Assembly (NCBI GenBank): GCA_016776605.1
Contig: JADHTB010000022.1
Span: forward strand, 714-64,713
Source of the DNA: Alphaproteobacteria bacterium
GTDB lineage: Bacteria > Pseudomonadota > Alphaproteobacteria > GCA-2731375
DNA length: 64,000 nt
Direction of reading: 5' to 3'
The position numbers and the translations under genes were made by a program. Positions 49,570-58,902 of this stretch are shown in pieces; position 1 is the stretch's first letter; every line of letters starts with the position of its first letter. Under the pieces are notes generated by a model. That model was not told where the DNA came from and searched no databases. It saw only the letters and a program-made list of their open reading frames with translations.

Positions 49570-50277
49570 ATGAACAAGGCGCCCATGCCGCTGATCCTGC
49601 TGCCCGGTCTGCTCTGTACGGATGCTCTGTGGCGGGCGCAAGTTGCTGGCCTGGCCGATGTGGCCCGCATCGCCGTAACGGCGGAGCATACCCGCCACAC
49701 CGATATTGGCGCCATTGCCGCCGCCATTCTGGCCGCGGCCCCACCACGGTTCGCCTTGGCCGGATTATCCTTTGGCGGCTATATCGCGTTCGAAATCATG
49801 CGCCGGGCGGCGCATCGGGTTGACCGTCTGGCCCTATTGGATACGACGGCCAATGCGGATCCCGAGGCGCGGGGCAAGCTGCGCCGCGAGATGATTAAAC
49901 AGGCGCAGATGGGCCGCTTTCTAGGCGTGACGGACCGTCTGTTGCCACAATTCATACATCCCGACCGGCTGGATGATCAGATCCTGGTCAATGAGATTAA
50001 GGACATGGCCCTGGCCGTGGGGCGCGATGGTTTCATCCGTCAGCAAACCGCGATCATCGGCCGCCCGGACAGCCGGCGGGATTTGGCCGGGATCGATTGC
50101 CCCACTCTGGTTCTGGTTGGCCGTCAGGATTTACTGACGCCCCTGGCCCGGCACGAGGAGATGCAGGCGGCAATCCCCGGTGCCAAGCTATCGGTAATCG
50201 AAGACTGCGGCCATTTGAGCACGATGGAGCGGCCCGAACAGGTCAACCAGGCCCTGCGGGATTGGTTGGCACGGTAG
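49570..50277 (+). CDS. Alpha/beta hydrolase
   Basis: ORF 49495..50277. Start MNKAPMPLILLPGLLC at 49570. GLSFGGYIA nucleophile elbow, EDCGHLSTMERPE. Confidence 0.8.
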   Translation: MNKAPMPLILLPGLLCTDALWRAQVAGLADVARIAVTAEHTRHTDIGAIAAAILAAAPPRFALAGLSFGGYIAFEIMRRAAHRVDRLALLDTTANADPEARGKLRREMIKQAQMGRFLGVTDRLLPQFIHPDRLDDQILVNEIKDMALAVGRDGFIRQQTAIIGRPDSRRDLAGIDCPTLVLVGRQDLLTPLARHEEMQAAIPGAKLSVIEDCGHLSTMERPEQVNQALRDWLAR

Positions 50278-50295
50278 AGCCCGGAACTGCTCTAG
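50275..50295. repeat. Minimal MITE family B relic (21 bp)
   Basis: TAGAGCCCGGAACTGCTCTAG. The first TAG is the hydrolase stop codon. Confidence 0.7.
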
Positions 50296-50298
50296 CGC

Positions 50299-50883
50299 TC
50301 AACAATTGAGACCCGCCGGATCGCTGCAGCCGCCCTGGTCCGGGATTTGGCTGGGTAACAAGACCGCCAGCAATTGCGACATGGCTTCGCCAAAGGCAGG
50401 ATCGTTGAACCCGCGCGGCCGGGGCATTTCCAGATACGCCACGCTGACGGCATCGCGGCCATAGCAGAACGCGGCTTGCAGGCGCAGGTTATTCGCCGCT
50501 CCGGCCGGTGCCGCCGATGCGGTCTGGGCCAGGGGTGCGCTACAGGCGGCATCGCCGGTCGAGGTGCGGATGGGATTAAAGATCAGCACCAAATGGCCAT
50601 CTTTCCGGGCCTCGGCCGTGGTCGCCTTAAAGGCCGCGGGTGCGTAAAAGCCGGGTAGTTGCATGGTCGCCAACAGGGCGCCGTCCAACCCGGCGCCAAA
50701 TGGATTGGCGATTATCAGTACGGGAAAATCCCCCTGGGCGGCGACATATCGAACCAAATCCGGATGATAGAAGGCATAACGATTATCGCCGGTAATGGTG
50801 TTGGTGCAGGCGCCCTGGGTGAGAAGCAACAAAGCGACCGCCAAGCCGCCGATGAAGGCCTGCATGCGGATAGGTCTTGTCAT
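50299..50883 (-). CDS. Hypothetical lipoprotein
   Basis: ORF 50299..50913. Start MTRPIRMQAFIGGLAVALLLLTQGAC (lipobox) at 50883 follows a GGGAG RBS. No family recognised. Confidence 0.6.
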   Translation of the reverse strand: MTRPIRMQAFIGGLAVALLLLTQGACTNTITGDNRYAFYHPDLVRYVAAQGDFPVLIIANPFGAGLDGALLATMQLPGFYAPAAFKATTAEARKDGHLVLIFNPIRTSTGDAACSAPLAQTASAAPAGAANNLRLQAAFCYGRDAVSVAYLEMPRPRGFNDPAFGEAMSQLLAVLLPSQIPDQGGCSDPAGLNC

Positions 50884-50932
50884 GGCAAAGCTCCCATGGA
50901 TCACGCGATACATTGCCGCAGATAGGAACTTA

Positions 50933-50968
50933 GTGTCTAGACATCAAGGCGTGTCTAAACATCAAGGT
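50933..50968. repeat. Tandem 18-bp duplication of the parE 3' end including its stop codon
   Basis: GTGTCTAGACATCAAGGC / GTGTCTAAACATCAAGGT (16 of 18 identical). On the minus strand both copies read CTTGATGT(T/C)TAG, that is L-D-V-stop. Confidence 0.85.
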
Positions 50969-52979
50969 CCGTGACGAAACGGGCGTTGTCCTGGATGTAG
51001 CGATAACGTGCCTCCGCCTTCCGGCCCATCAATTGTTCGACCAAATCCGAGGTTTCGCCACCGTCCTTGGGCAATACGACCCGCAATAAGGTGCGTTTCG
51101 CCGGGTCCATGGTCGTCTGTTTCAATTGCGCCGGGGGCATTTCGCCCAGCCCCTTGAAACGGGAGATGTCCACCTTGCCGCGGCCCTGGAATTCGCTGGC
51201 CATCAATTGTTCTCGATGGGCTTCATCGCGGGCAAACAGGGTCTTGCCGCCTTGACTGATCCGGTACAACGGCGGCAGGGCCAGATAAAGATGTCCCTGA
51301 TGCACCAAATCCGGCAGCTCGCGGTAGAAAAAGGTCATCAACAACGAGGCGATATGGGCCCCGTCCACATCCGCGTCGGTCATAATGATGATTTTATCGT
51401 AACGCAGATCTTCCTCGCGGTAGCGTACCCCCGTGGCGCAGCCCAGGGCCTGCAGCAAATCGGTCAATTCCTGATTGGCCTTAAGCTTTTCCACGGTGGC
51501 CGAGGCAACGTTGAGGATTTTACCCCGCAAAGGCAGGATGGCCTGATTGGTCCGGTTCCGGGCCTGTTTTGCCGAGCCGCCGGCGCTATCGCCCTCGACG
51601 ATAAAAATCTCGCTGCCGGCGGCGGAATTTTGCGAGCAATCGGATAGTTTGCCGGGCAGGCGGACCCGGCGTGCGGCCGACTTGCGTTTGACGTCCCGCT
51701 CGTCGCGGCGGCGACGGCGTTCGTCCGCCCGCTCGATCCCCCAGGCCAACAGCCGGCTGGCGTTCTCCGGGTCGCCCGACAGCCAATGGTCGAAATGGTC
51801 GCGGACAATGGCTTCGACCCAGCGCGTCGCTTCCGGATTAGACAGCCGTTCCTTGGTCTGGCCACTGAATTGCGGTTCGGGAATGAACACCGACAACATG
51901 GCGGCGGCCGGTCCCAGAACATCGTCGCCGGTCAATTGACTGGCCTTGCGCACGCCAACCATTTCGCCATAGGCCTTCAGGCCCTTGGTCAGGGCGGCGC
52001 GCAAGCCGGCTTCATGGCTGCCGCCTTCGCTGGTCGGCACGGTGTTGCAATAGGAATGCAGAAAGCCATCGCTCTCCACCGGCCAATGCATGGCCCATTC
52101 GACCTCGCCCTTGGCTTCGGTCAGGGCGGCACGACCGTTGAATGGTTGCGGCGTGACGGTCGGTCCATCGCCCAAGGAGGCGGCCAGAAAGTCCGCCAGG
52201 CCGTTGGGGAAATGCAAAACCGCCTCTGTCGGCGTCTGATCCTTGCCCGTGATCAGTTCCTTGGCGCAGGTCCAGCGGATTTCCACCCCCCGGAACAAAT
52301 ACGCTTTGGAGCGCGCCATGCGGTGTAAACGCGCGGGCAAAAAAGCGGCGCCCGCGCCGAAAATGCCGGGGTCGGGCCGAAAGGCGATGGTTGTGCCGCG
52401 CCGGTTCGCAATCTTGCCCAGATCCTGCAATTTCGTAGTCGGGGCGCCACGGCTGTATTCCTGCCGCCAAAGCTGGCGGTCCCGGGCCACTTCGACGCAA
52501 AGGTATTCAGACAGCGCGTTGACCACCGAAATGCCGACGCCGTGCAATCCGCCGGCGGTCTGATACACCTTGTCGGAAAATTTACCGCCTGAATGCAAAG
52601 TCGTCAGAATGACTTCCAGGGCCGACTTCGGCTTGTATTTAGGGTGCACGTCGGTGGGGATGCCCCGGCCATTGTCGGTGACGGTCAAAGTGCCGTCGGC
52701 ACCTAGATCCACCTCGATCCGGTTAGCGAAGCCGGCCACGGCCTCGTCCATGGCGTTGTCCAGCACCTCGGCCGCCAGATGGTGCAGGGCGCGTTCGTCG
52801 GTGCCGCCAATATACATACCGGGGCGCCGGCGGACCGGCTCCAACCCCTCCAGTACCTCGATATCCTTGGCGGAATAGGCACTTTCCTTGGCGCCGCGAG
52901 GCGCCTCGCTGGCCGTCTTCCCGCCGGCGCTCTTTTCACCGAGGCCCTTGTTCGCTGACTGTGTGAACAGATCGTTCAT
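50955..52979 (-). CDS. parE: DNA topoisomerase IV subunit B
   Basis: 674 aa. LEGLEPVRRRPGMYIGG, GGLHGVG, EGDSAGGSAKQARNR..QAILPLRGKILNV. The length and the lack of the GyrB insertion favour ParE. Confidence 0.8.
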   Translation of the reverse strand: MNDLFTQSANKGLGEKSAGGKTASEAPRGAKESAYSAKDIEVLEGLEPVRRRPGMYIGGTDERALHHLAAEVLDNAMDEAVAGFANRIEVDLGADGTLTVTDNGRGIPTDVHPKYKPKSALEVILTTLHSGGKFSDKVYQTAGGLHGVGISVVNALSEYLCVEVARDRQLWRQEYSRGAPTTKLQDLGKIANRRGTTIAFRPDPGIFGAGAAFLPARLHRMARSKAYLFRGVEIRWTCAKELITGKDQTPTEAVLHFPNGLADFLAASLGDGPTVTPQPFNGRAALTEAKGEVEWAMHWPVESDGFLHSYCNTVPTSEGGSHEAGLRAALTKGLKAYGEMVGVRKASQLTGDDVLGPAAAMLSVFIPEPQFSGQTKERLSNPEATRWVEAIVRDHFDHWLSGDPENASRLLAWGIERADERRRRRDERDVKRKSAARRVRLPGKLSDCSQNSAAGSEIFIVEGDSAGGSAKQARNRTNQAILPLRGKILNVASATVEKLKANQELTDLLQALGCATGVRYREEDLRYDKIIIMTDADVDGAHIASLLMTFFYRELPDLVHQGHLYLALPPLYRISQGGKTLFARDEAHREQLMASEFQGRGKVDISRFKGLGEMPPAQLKQTTMDPAKRTLLRVVLPKDGGETSDLVEQLMGRKAEARYRYIQDNARFVTDLDV

Positions 52980-53260
52980 GTCGTTTGATCTATCGCCTCA
53001 TCTTCTTAAGCGCATTGCGCGTTTCATTCGCAAACCAGTTTGCCAACCCAAACGGTAAAACGAATCAAAACAAAGGATATATAGTCACACCGTCATTACC
53101 AAATTCTGTTTGGGTAAAAGACGAAACCCGGTCACAAGGTCTGGCTGCCGGGGCAGGGACGGGGCCACTTGCCGCAACGCCGACCGTATGCCGGGTTTGT
53201 TGCCCACATGTATATTCACGTTTTGTTCTTTTGTCAAATACAAAATAGAACGGTTTGGCA

Positions 53261-56200
53261 TTAGCCGTTCAGGGCGCGCCTGATCATCCTGGCTAAATCA
53301 TCCTTGTGGAACGGTTTTTCCAGCAATTCATCGCCTGGGTCCGGATTGCCATCGGCGGCAAATGCATCGCGGGCATAACCGGACATGAACAGAACCTTCA
53401 GGTCCGGCATTATGGCGCGCGCGTTTTCGGCCAGGGCCCGGCCACTCATGCCCCTGGGCAGAACCACATCGGACAACAAAAGATCTAATCGGGGGTTTGC
53501 CGCGATTAATTTCATGGCTTCCGCGCCCGCCTCGGTCTCTAACACGGAATAACCGAGTTCGTGCAACATCGCGACGGCGATGTTACGAACTTCCGGGTCG
53601 TCCTCGACCACCAGTATGGTCCCGCTGTTTCCGGTTTGGATCTCGGAAGGTATGGTCTGGGATATCTCATCAAGGCTGGCTGCCGGTGTGCTGGGCAGAT
53701 AAATTTTAACGATGGTGCCTCTGCCCATCTCGCTTTCGACGCGCACTTGACCGCCGGATTGTCGGATAAAATTGTAAACCATGGTCAACCCCAGGCCAGT
53801 ACCTTTTTCAACGTCCTTGGTTGTGAAAAATGGGTCAAAGGCATGCGCGATAACCTCCCCTGACATGCCCGTGCCGGTGTCGCTGACCGACAGCAGGACA
53901 TATAATCCAGGTTCAATATTCTCCTGTTGCGCCACGGCGGCGTCGCTCAGATCCAGATTAAGGCCCTCGATTGTCAGGGTGCCCCCCTGGGGCATGGCGT
54001 CTCTGGCATTGATCGCCAGGTTCAGAATGGCGTTTTCCAACTGTGCCGCGTCGATAAGAATGGGCCATGGTTCAGGACCGACAATGATTTCGATGTGAAT
54101 TGTTTCGCCCAAGGTCCGCTGCACCAGGTCGCGCATGTTGTTGATCAAACGATCCATGGTCGTCGCCTTGGCATCCAGTGCCTGCTTGCGCGAAAACGAC
54201 AGTAATCGATGGGTTAGCCGGGCGCCGCGTTCCGCCGCTGCCAGGCCTCGTTCAATGAAGCGGCTCAGATCGGGATGGTCCCTGGCACGGCTTTCGAGTA
54301 ATTCCAGGTTGCCGGATATCACCGCCAGCAAATTGTTGAAATCATGGGCGACGCCGCCGGTTAAATGGCCCACGGCTTCCATCTTCTGGGCTTGGCGCAG
54401 TTGTTCCTCGATTTGCCTCTGTTGCGTCACATCGGTGCTTAAGGTGATGGTGCCGCCGTCCGGGGTTCGCCGCTCCCGGACGTTGATGGTGAGGTTTTTG
54501 CGCTTAACTTCCATCTCGCTGGGCGGATTGCGGTGGCCGGCTATTCTATCTTGGAGCGCGGCTTCCTGCGCCTCTCCCTTGGCCAGAAAATTGACGGCGG
54601 CGGCCTGTATATGTTCTTCGAACGTCATGCCGATCTGAAACATATTATCTTGATTGCTGCCGAATTCCCGATAGCGCTGGTTGCATATGACCAGCCTGTC
54701 ATCGGCGTCCCAAAAGGCCACCCCATCGGACATGCTATCGATTGCATTGAGGTAGCGGTCGGCAATGCTTTGCAATTGCTGGCGCGCCTCGACCTCGGCT
54801 GTGATATTGGCCGTGGTTCCACGATAACCGACAAAGTTGCCGTCCCGATCATGGACCGGTATCGATCCCGTACGGATCCATAAAGGGTCGCTTCCCGGCA
54901 CACGGAATGAGTGGACAAAATCGCGAATAGACTCGCGAGCGTCTATTTTGCGCAACATTTCGAAATCGGCGACCGTGCTTGCGGCCTTCTCTAGCATCGC
55001 GCGCCTGTCCGTGCCAAGGATACGGTCGGGCGAGATACCGGTGGATCGTTCGAAGCCGGCCGAGACGTAGGTGACGCGGTGCCGGGCATCGGTTTCCCAA
55101 AGCCAATCCGCGCTGGCTTCGGCGAAGTCGTGAAAGCGCTGTTCGCTTTCCCGCACGGCATCCTCGGCCGCCTTGCGCTCGGTGATATCAATCGCAGTGG
55201 CCTGTACGGCCTGCCGTCCTTCCCATTCGACCACCCGACCCTCGAGTTGCAACCAGACAGTTTCGCCGTTCTTGCGTGTTCCTTTAGCTTCATACGTCCT
55301 TGGCGCTGCTTCGTTGTTGAACCTTGTGCTTATTATGTCTCGAATGCGCTCAACCTCCGCATCACCGAAAAACACCGACAGGCTGTCCCAGGCGAGGATT
55401 GTTTCGGGTGAATCGTAGCCAAATATATCGGCCAGCGCCTGATTGACGAACAGCGGGCGCCAGGTCTCGTCTATGATTGCCATGCACTGGATGGAGCCTT
55501 CGGCAAGATCGCGGAAGCGCCGTTCGCTGGCCCGCAAGTCCGTTTCCGTCTGCTTTCTTTCGTGGATGTTATAGCTCCAGGTCAGGACGGCGTCTTCGCC
55601 TTCGAATTCAATTTGGTACAATGACATCAGGATCCAAACAAAACCCCGGCTGTGGTGCAGCACCTGTATTTCCTCGTCGGTGACGGAGCCTTCGAGGCGC
55701 ATACGCTTTAACAACTTATTCCGTGGCGCGGGATCAGGGTAAATGTCGCCGATCAGGCTGCCCAGGTACGATTCAACAGGCTTGCCATGAAATTCGGCCC
55801 ATCGCCTGTTAACAAACAGAATAGATCCATCCGAGGCCCTGGTAATGGAAATACCCATGGGGCTGCCATCCAAAAGGTCGCGAAATCGATCGTTGCTGTT
55901 TCGCAATTCAATATCGGCGAGGACGGCGGCGGTGACATCGGAGCCGGCGCAGCGATAGCCCATGAAATCGCCACTTGCATTGAAGACCGGCTTGCCGCTG
56001 TCACTAAACCATAGCGGGCGTCCGCCGTCAGTTAGATAAGGGTGGGCGAAATTATGAAACGGCCGATGTTCGGCCAGGCTGGTAAGATGATCATCCCAGA
56101 ACTCATGATCATAGCTGCAACCCAGCATCTCCCGGCGCGTCTTGCCAAGATATCGATTAGTGGGTTCGCCGACCAAGGTCTCGAAACTATTCGAAACAAA

Positions 56201-56794
56201 ACTGATGCGTAGATCCGCATCCATCTCCCAAAACCAATCGGCGCCGGCGTCGGCAAAATCTTGAACGCGCTGTTCGCCAAATAGCCGCTCCTGCAAAAGC
56301 TTTTCTTGCGCCCAGGCCGAGGAGATGCGTTCCGCCACCAGGCGGAAGAACATTGCCGCGGCGGCATCATTTGCCATCGTGCGGCTATCCAGTGCCAGCA
56401 CGTAGCCAAACCCGTGGCCCGCGGCGTCGACCAGAACATGGCCCTGGCAGGACGCCGCGTCGGCTTGCAGGCTGGTAAACGTGCCCTCGAATTGTTGGCG
56501 CAGATTATCCGGTACAAACCAGTATCGTTGTGCCGGGACCGCCCGGAACGGTGGCGCGCTGGGCAGTTCCGCGAAAGGCGCGGCGGCCGTGCCTGTCGCG
56601 TCCGTGCCGTATCGAGATGCCAACAGAATTGGTTGTTCACCCGGTCCGCGCGTTTCAACAACCAGCACCCAACGGCAATCCAGGCCATCGGCCAGGGCAT
56701 CCACGGCCAGGGCGCAAAATTCCGCCGCCGAGGCCGATTGGCGATCCAAGCGGGCCAGGGCCTCGTCATATTGGCTGAATTCAGACGCGCTCAT
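53261..56794 (-). CDS. Multi-PAS hybrid sensor histidine kinase/response regulator
   Basis: 1177 aa. At least four PAS-like units, H-box GGVAHDFNNLLAVISGNLELL, HATPase (NLAINARDAM...GTGLGL), C-terminal receiver (LLLSDVVLPRG, FMSGY, EKPF). Confidence 0.9.
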   Translation of the reverse strand: MSASEFSQYDEALARLDRQSASAAEFCALAVDALADGLDCRWVLVVETRGPGEQPILLASRYGTDATGTAAAPFAELPSAPPFRAVPAQRYWFVPDNLRQQFEGTFTSLQADAASCQGHVLVDAAGHGFGYVLALDSRTMANDAAAAMFFRLVAERISSAWAQEKLLQERLFGEQRVQDFADAGADWFWEMDADLRISFVSNSFETLVGEPTNRYLGKTRREMLGCSYDHEFWDDHLTSLAEHRPFHNFAHPYLTDGGRPLWFSDSGKPVFNASGDFMGYRCAGSDVTAAVLADIELRNSNDRFRDLLDGSPMGISITRASDGSILFVNRRWAEFHGKPVESYLGSLIGDIYPDPAPRNKLLKRMRLEGSVTDEEIQVLHHSRGFVWILMSLYQIEFEGEDAVLTWSYNIHERKQTETDLRASERRFRDLAEGSIQCMAIIDETWRPLFVNQALADIFGYDSPETILAWDSLSVFFGDAEVERIRDIISTRFNNEAAPRTYEAKGTRKNGETVWLQLEGRVVEWEGRQAVQATAIDITERKAAEDAVRESEQRFHDFAEASADWLWETDARHRVTYVSAGFERSTGISPDRILGTDRRAMLEKAASTVADFEMLRKIDARESIRDFVHSFRVPGSDPLWIRTGSIPVHDRDGNFVGYRGTTANITAEVEARQQLQSIADRYLNAIDSMSDGVAFWDADDRLVICNQRYREFGSNQDNMFQIGMTFEEHIQAAAVNFLAKGEAQEAALQDRIAGHRNPPSEMEVKRKNLTINVRERRTPDGGTITLSTDVTQQRQIEEQLRQAQKMEAVGHLTGGVAHDFNNLLAVISGNLELLESRARDHPDLSRFIERGLAAAERGARLTHRLLSFSRKQALDAKATTMDRLINNMRDLVQRTLGETIHIEIIVGPEPWPILIDAAQLENAILNLAINARDAMPQGGTLTIEGLNLDLSDAAVAQQENIEPGLYVLLSVSDTGTGMSGEVIAHAFDPFFTTKDVEKGTGLGLTMVYNFIRQSGGQVRVESEMGRGTIVKIYLPSTPAASLDEISQTIPSEIQTGNSGTILVVEDDPEVRNIAVAMLHELGYSVLETEAGAEAMKLIAANPRLDLLLSDVVLPRGMSGRALAENARAIMPDLKVLFMSGYARDAFAADGNPDPGDELLEKPFHKDDLARMIRRALNG

Positions 56795-56814
56795 GTTTGC
56801 CTATTCATGCATTT

Positions 56815-57990
56815 TTATGCGGACAGAAAATCCAGGGCCGCCTGAACGCCACCCCTTTCGTGAGGCACGCCGGCGGCGGCCAGACCCATTTCCACGCCTG
56901 ACAGGGTGCCCGCCAGCATCAACTCGTTAAAATCACCCAGATGGCCGATGCGGAACGCCCGGCCCGCCAGACGGCCCAGACCATTGCCCAGGGACATGTT
57001 GAAGCGCCGCAGAACCGTGGCGCGGAACGCGTCGGCGTCATGTCCCTCCGGCAACATCACGGCGGTCAGGCTGTTGGATTTTTCCCCCGCCTCCAGTGCC
57101 ACGGTTTCCAGACCCCAGGCCTGGACCGCGCGGCGCGTTGCTTCCGCCAGGCGGGCATGGCGTTGGAAAACATTGGGCAATCCTTCCTCTTGCAGCATCA
57201 CAATCGCTTCATCCAGGCCGTACAGCAGATTGGTCGCCGGGGTATAGGGAAAGGCGCCACCCTTGTTGGCCTGCAACATGGCGGACCAGTCCCAATAGGA
57301 CCGGGTCATACCGGCGCTTTCGTGTGCCTTCAGAGCCTTTTCGCTGACGGCGTTGAAGCTCAGGCCGGGGGGCAGCATCAGGCCTTTTTGCGAGCCGCCA
57401 ATGGTCACATCGACGCCCCATTCGTCATGGCGGAAATCGATCGAGGCCAGGGACGAAATGGTATCGACCAGCAACAAGGCCGGATGCCCTGCATCGTCCA
57501 TGGCCCGGCGGACCCCGGCGATGTCCGAGGTAACCCCGGTCGAGGTTTCGTTATGCACGCAACAGACCGCCTTGATGCGTTTGTCCTTGTCTTCGGCCAG
57601 GGCGGTGGCGATTTGCGCCGCCTGGATCCCATGCCGCCAATCGCCGGGCAGGAAGTGCACGTCCAGGCCCAGGCGCTCGGCCAGGACACGCCATAGGCTG
57701 GCGAATTGTCCGGTCTCGGCCATCAACACCCTGTCGCCGGGGGACAGGGTGTTGACCAGGGCTGCTTCCCAGGCCCCGGTGCCGGACGCCGGATAGATCA
57801 CCACCGCGTCCTTGGTTTGGAAGATCGGCTTCATGCCATCCAAAACCCGCCGCGCCAGGCCCTCGAATGTAGGGCCGCGGTGATCGATGGTGGCGCCATC
57901 AATGGCGCGCAGGATGCGATCAGGCACATTGGTTGGGCCGGGGATTTGCAGGAAATGGCGGCCTGCCTGATAGGGTTGGTTTCCGGCCAT
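56815..57990 (-). CDS. Class-V aminotransferase (serine--glyoxylate / alanine--glyoxylate aminotransferase-like)
   Basis: ORF 56815..58374. Start MAGNQPYQAGRHFLQIPGPTNVPDRIL at 57990. GGSQKGLMLPPGLSF (PLP Lys). Confidence 0.85.
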   Translation of the reverse strand: MAGNQPYQAGRHFLQIPGPTNVPDRILRAIDGATIDHRGPTFEGLARRVLDGMKPIFQTKDAVVIYPASGTGAWEAALVNTLSPGDRVLMAETGQFASLWRVLAERLGLDVHFLPGDWRHGIQAAQIATALAEDKDKRIKAVCCVHNETSTGVTSDIAGVRRAMDDAGHPALLLVDTISSLASIDFRHDEWGVDVTIGGSQKGLMLPPGLSFNAVSEKALKAHESAGMTRSYWDWSAMLQANKGGAFPYTPATNLLYGLDEAIVMLQEEGLPNVFQRHARLAEATRRAVQAWGLETVALEAGEKSNSLTAVMLPEGHDADAFRATVLRRFNMSLGNGLGRLAGRAFRIGHLGDFNELMLAGTLSGVEMGLAAAGVPHERGGVQAALDFLSA

Positions 57991-58128
57991 GCTGTGTGCC
58001 TCTGTGTTGCCTGGTTGAATTGCTGCCCGTGTCGGGGGGAATAATAGGGCGGCGTTCGAATTTTGCATCCCCTTTAGCCTATTTGGCGCTAACCTATGTG
58101 GGATTTCACCGATGCCAGGGAGGTCCGA

Positions 58129-58887
58129 ATGCTGAAACTTAGCGATATGGCCAAGGTTGGGCGTAAGGTGCGCCAGGATGATTGGGAGGCGTTGGGTAAA
58201 GCCACGCCAGCAGCGGTCGTGGATGCCATCGATGACGGCAGGGCAGACGAGGCCAAGGCGCTGGCCCAGTACGCCATCCCCGAGGGCAAGGCCCTGCACG
58301 ATCTGTTTTGCGACTGGTTGTGGGATCTTTTCACCAACATCGCTGAACGCCAAGGCGAGGAAGAATTGTATCAAACCCTGCGCCAGACCCAGGGTGGCTG
58401 GATGCTGAAACGCACCTGGCGTGGTTTTTTGGGTTTAAGCGTGAAGGAGCGGGTCTATTTGTCGGCCGAGATCATGCGGGCCCACCGCTGCGGCCCGGAT
58501 CAGGATGGCGGATTGGCGGTAACGGACGAGGGCGACCATTATGCCATCGCCATGGACCCTTGCGGCTCCGGCGGCCGCATGCGGCGTGGCGACCCGGTGG
58601 ACAACACCCCGTCAAGGCAAGGGCCGCCGTATAATTTCGGTGCCACCAAAAAGGCTTACGATTGGTCCTGGGGCCAGACCGGCGTGCCCTATTATTGCCT
58701 GCATTGCGCCATCAACGAAATTCTGCCCATGGAGTGGGGCGGCCATCCGCTTTGGGTTACGGGTTATGACGCCGACCCGCAAAAGCCCTGTTCGTGGAAA
58801 TTTTATAAGCGGGCAGAAGATATTCCGGAAGACTATTATCGCCGGGTGGGGCGGCAAAAACCGGGCCCGGACGAGGGCGAATATTAA
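58129..58887 (+). CDS. Hypothetical Cys-rich 252-aa protein
   Basis: ORF 58096..58887. Start MLKLSDMAKV at 58129 lies 5 nt after AGGGAGG. Cys motifs MDPCGSGGRMRR, YYCLHC and KPCSW. No family recognised. Confidence 0.6.
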   Translation: MLKLSDMAKVGRKVRQDDWEALGKATPAAVVDAIDDGRADEAKALAQYAIPEGKALHDLFCDWLWDLFTNIAERQGEEELYQTLRQTQGGWMLKRTWRGFLGLSVKERVYLSAEIMRAHRCGPDQDGGLAVTDEGDHYAIAMDPCGSGGRMRRGDPVDNTPSRQGPPYNFGATKKAYDWSWGQTGVPYYCLHCAINEILPMEWGGHPLWVTGYDADPQKPCSWKFYKRAEDIPEDYYRRVGRQKPGPDEGEY

Positions 58888-58902
58888 AACCAGAGGCGTT
58901 CC

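Noticed and set aside
11041-50295. Dispersed repeats considered as a CRISPR array
   Set aside because: Copies are kilobases apart, occur in both orientations, are internally palindromic and are flanked by TA. There are no regularly spaced direct repeats and no cas genes.
53225-53255. GTTCTTTTGT...ACAAAATAGAAC imperfect palindrome considered as a LexA box for parE
   Set aside because: It is an inverted repeat, not the direct GAAC-N7-GAAC arrangement. It sits directly after the stop of the 1177-aa kinase and is more simply a weak 3' hairpin.
57991-58374. 128-aa N-terminal extension of the class-V aminotransferase ORF
   Set aside because: Family members start near MAGNQPY...FLQIPGPT. The extension would run across the divergent promoter region and into the neighbouring gene start.
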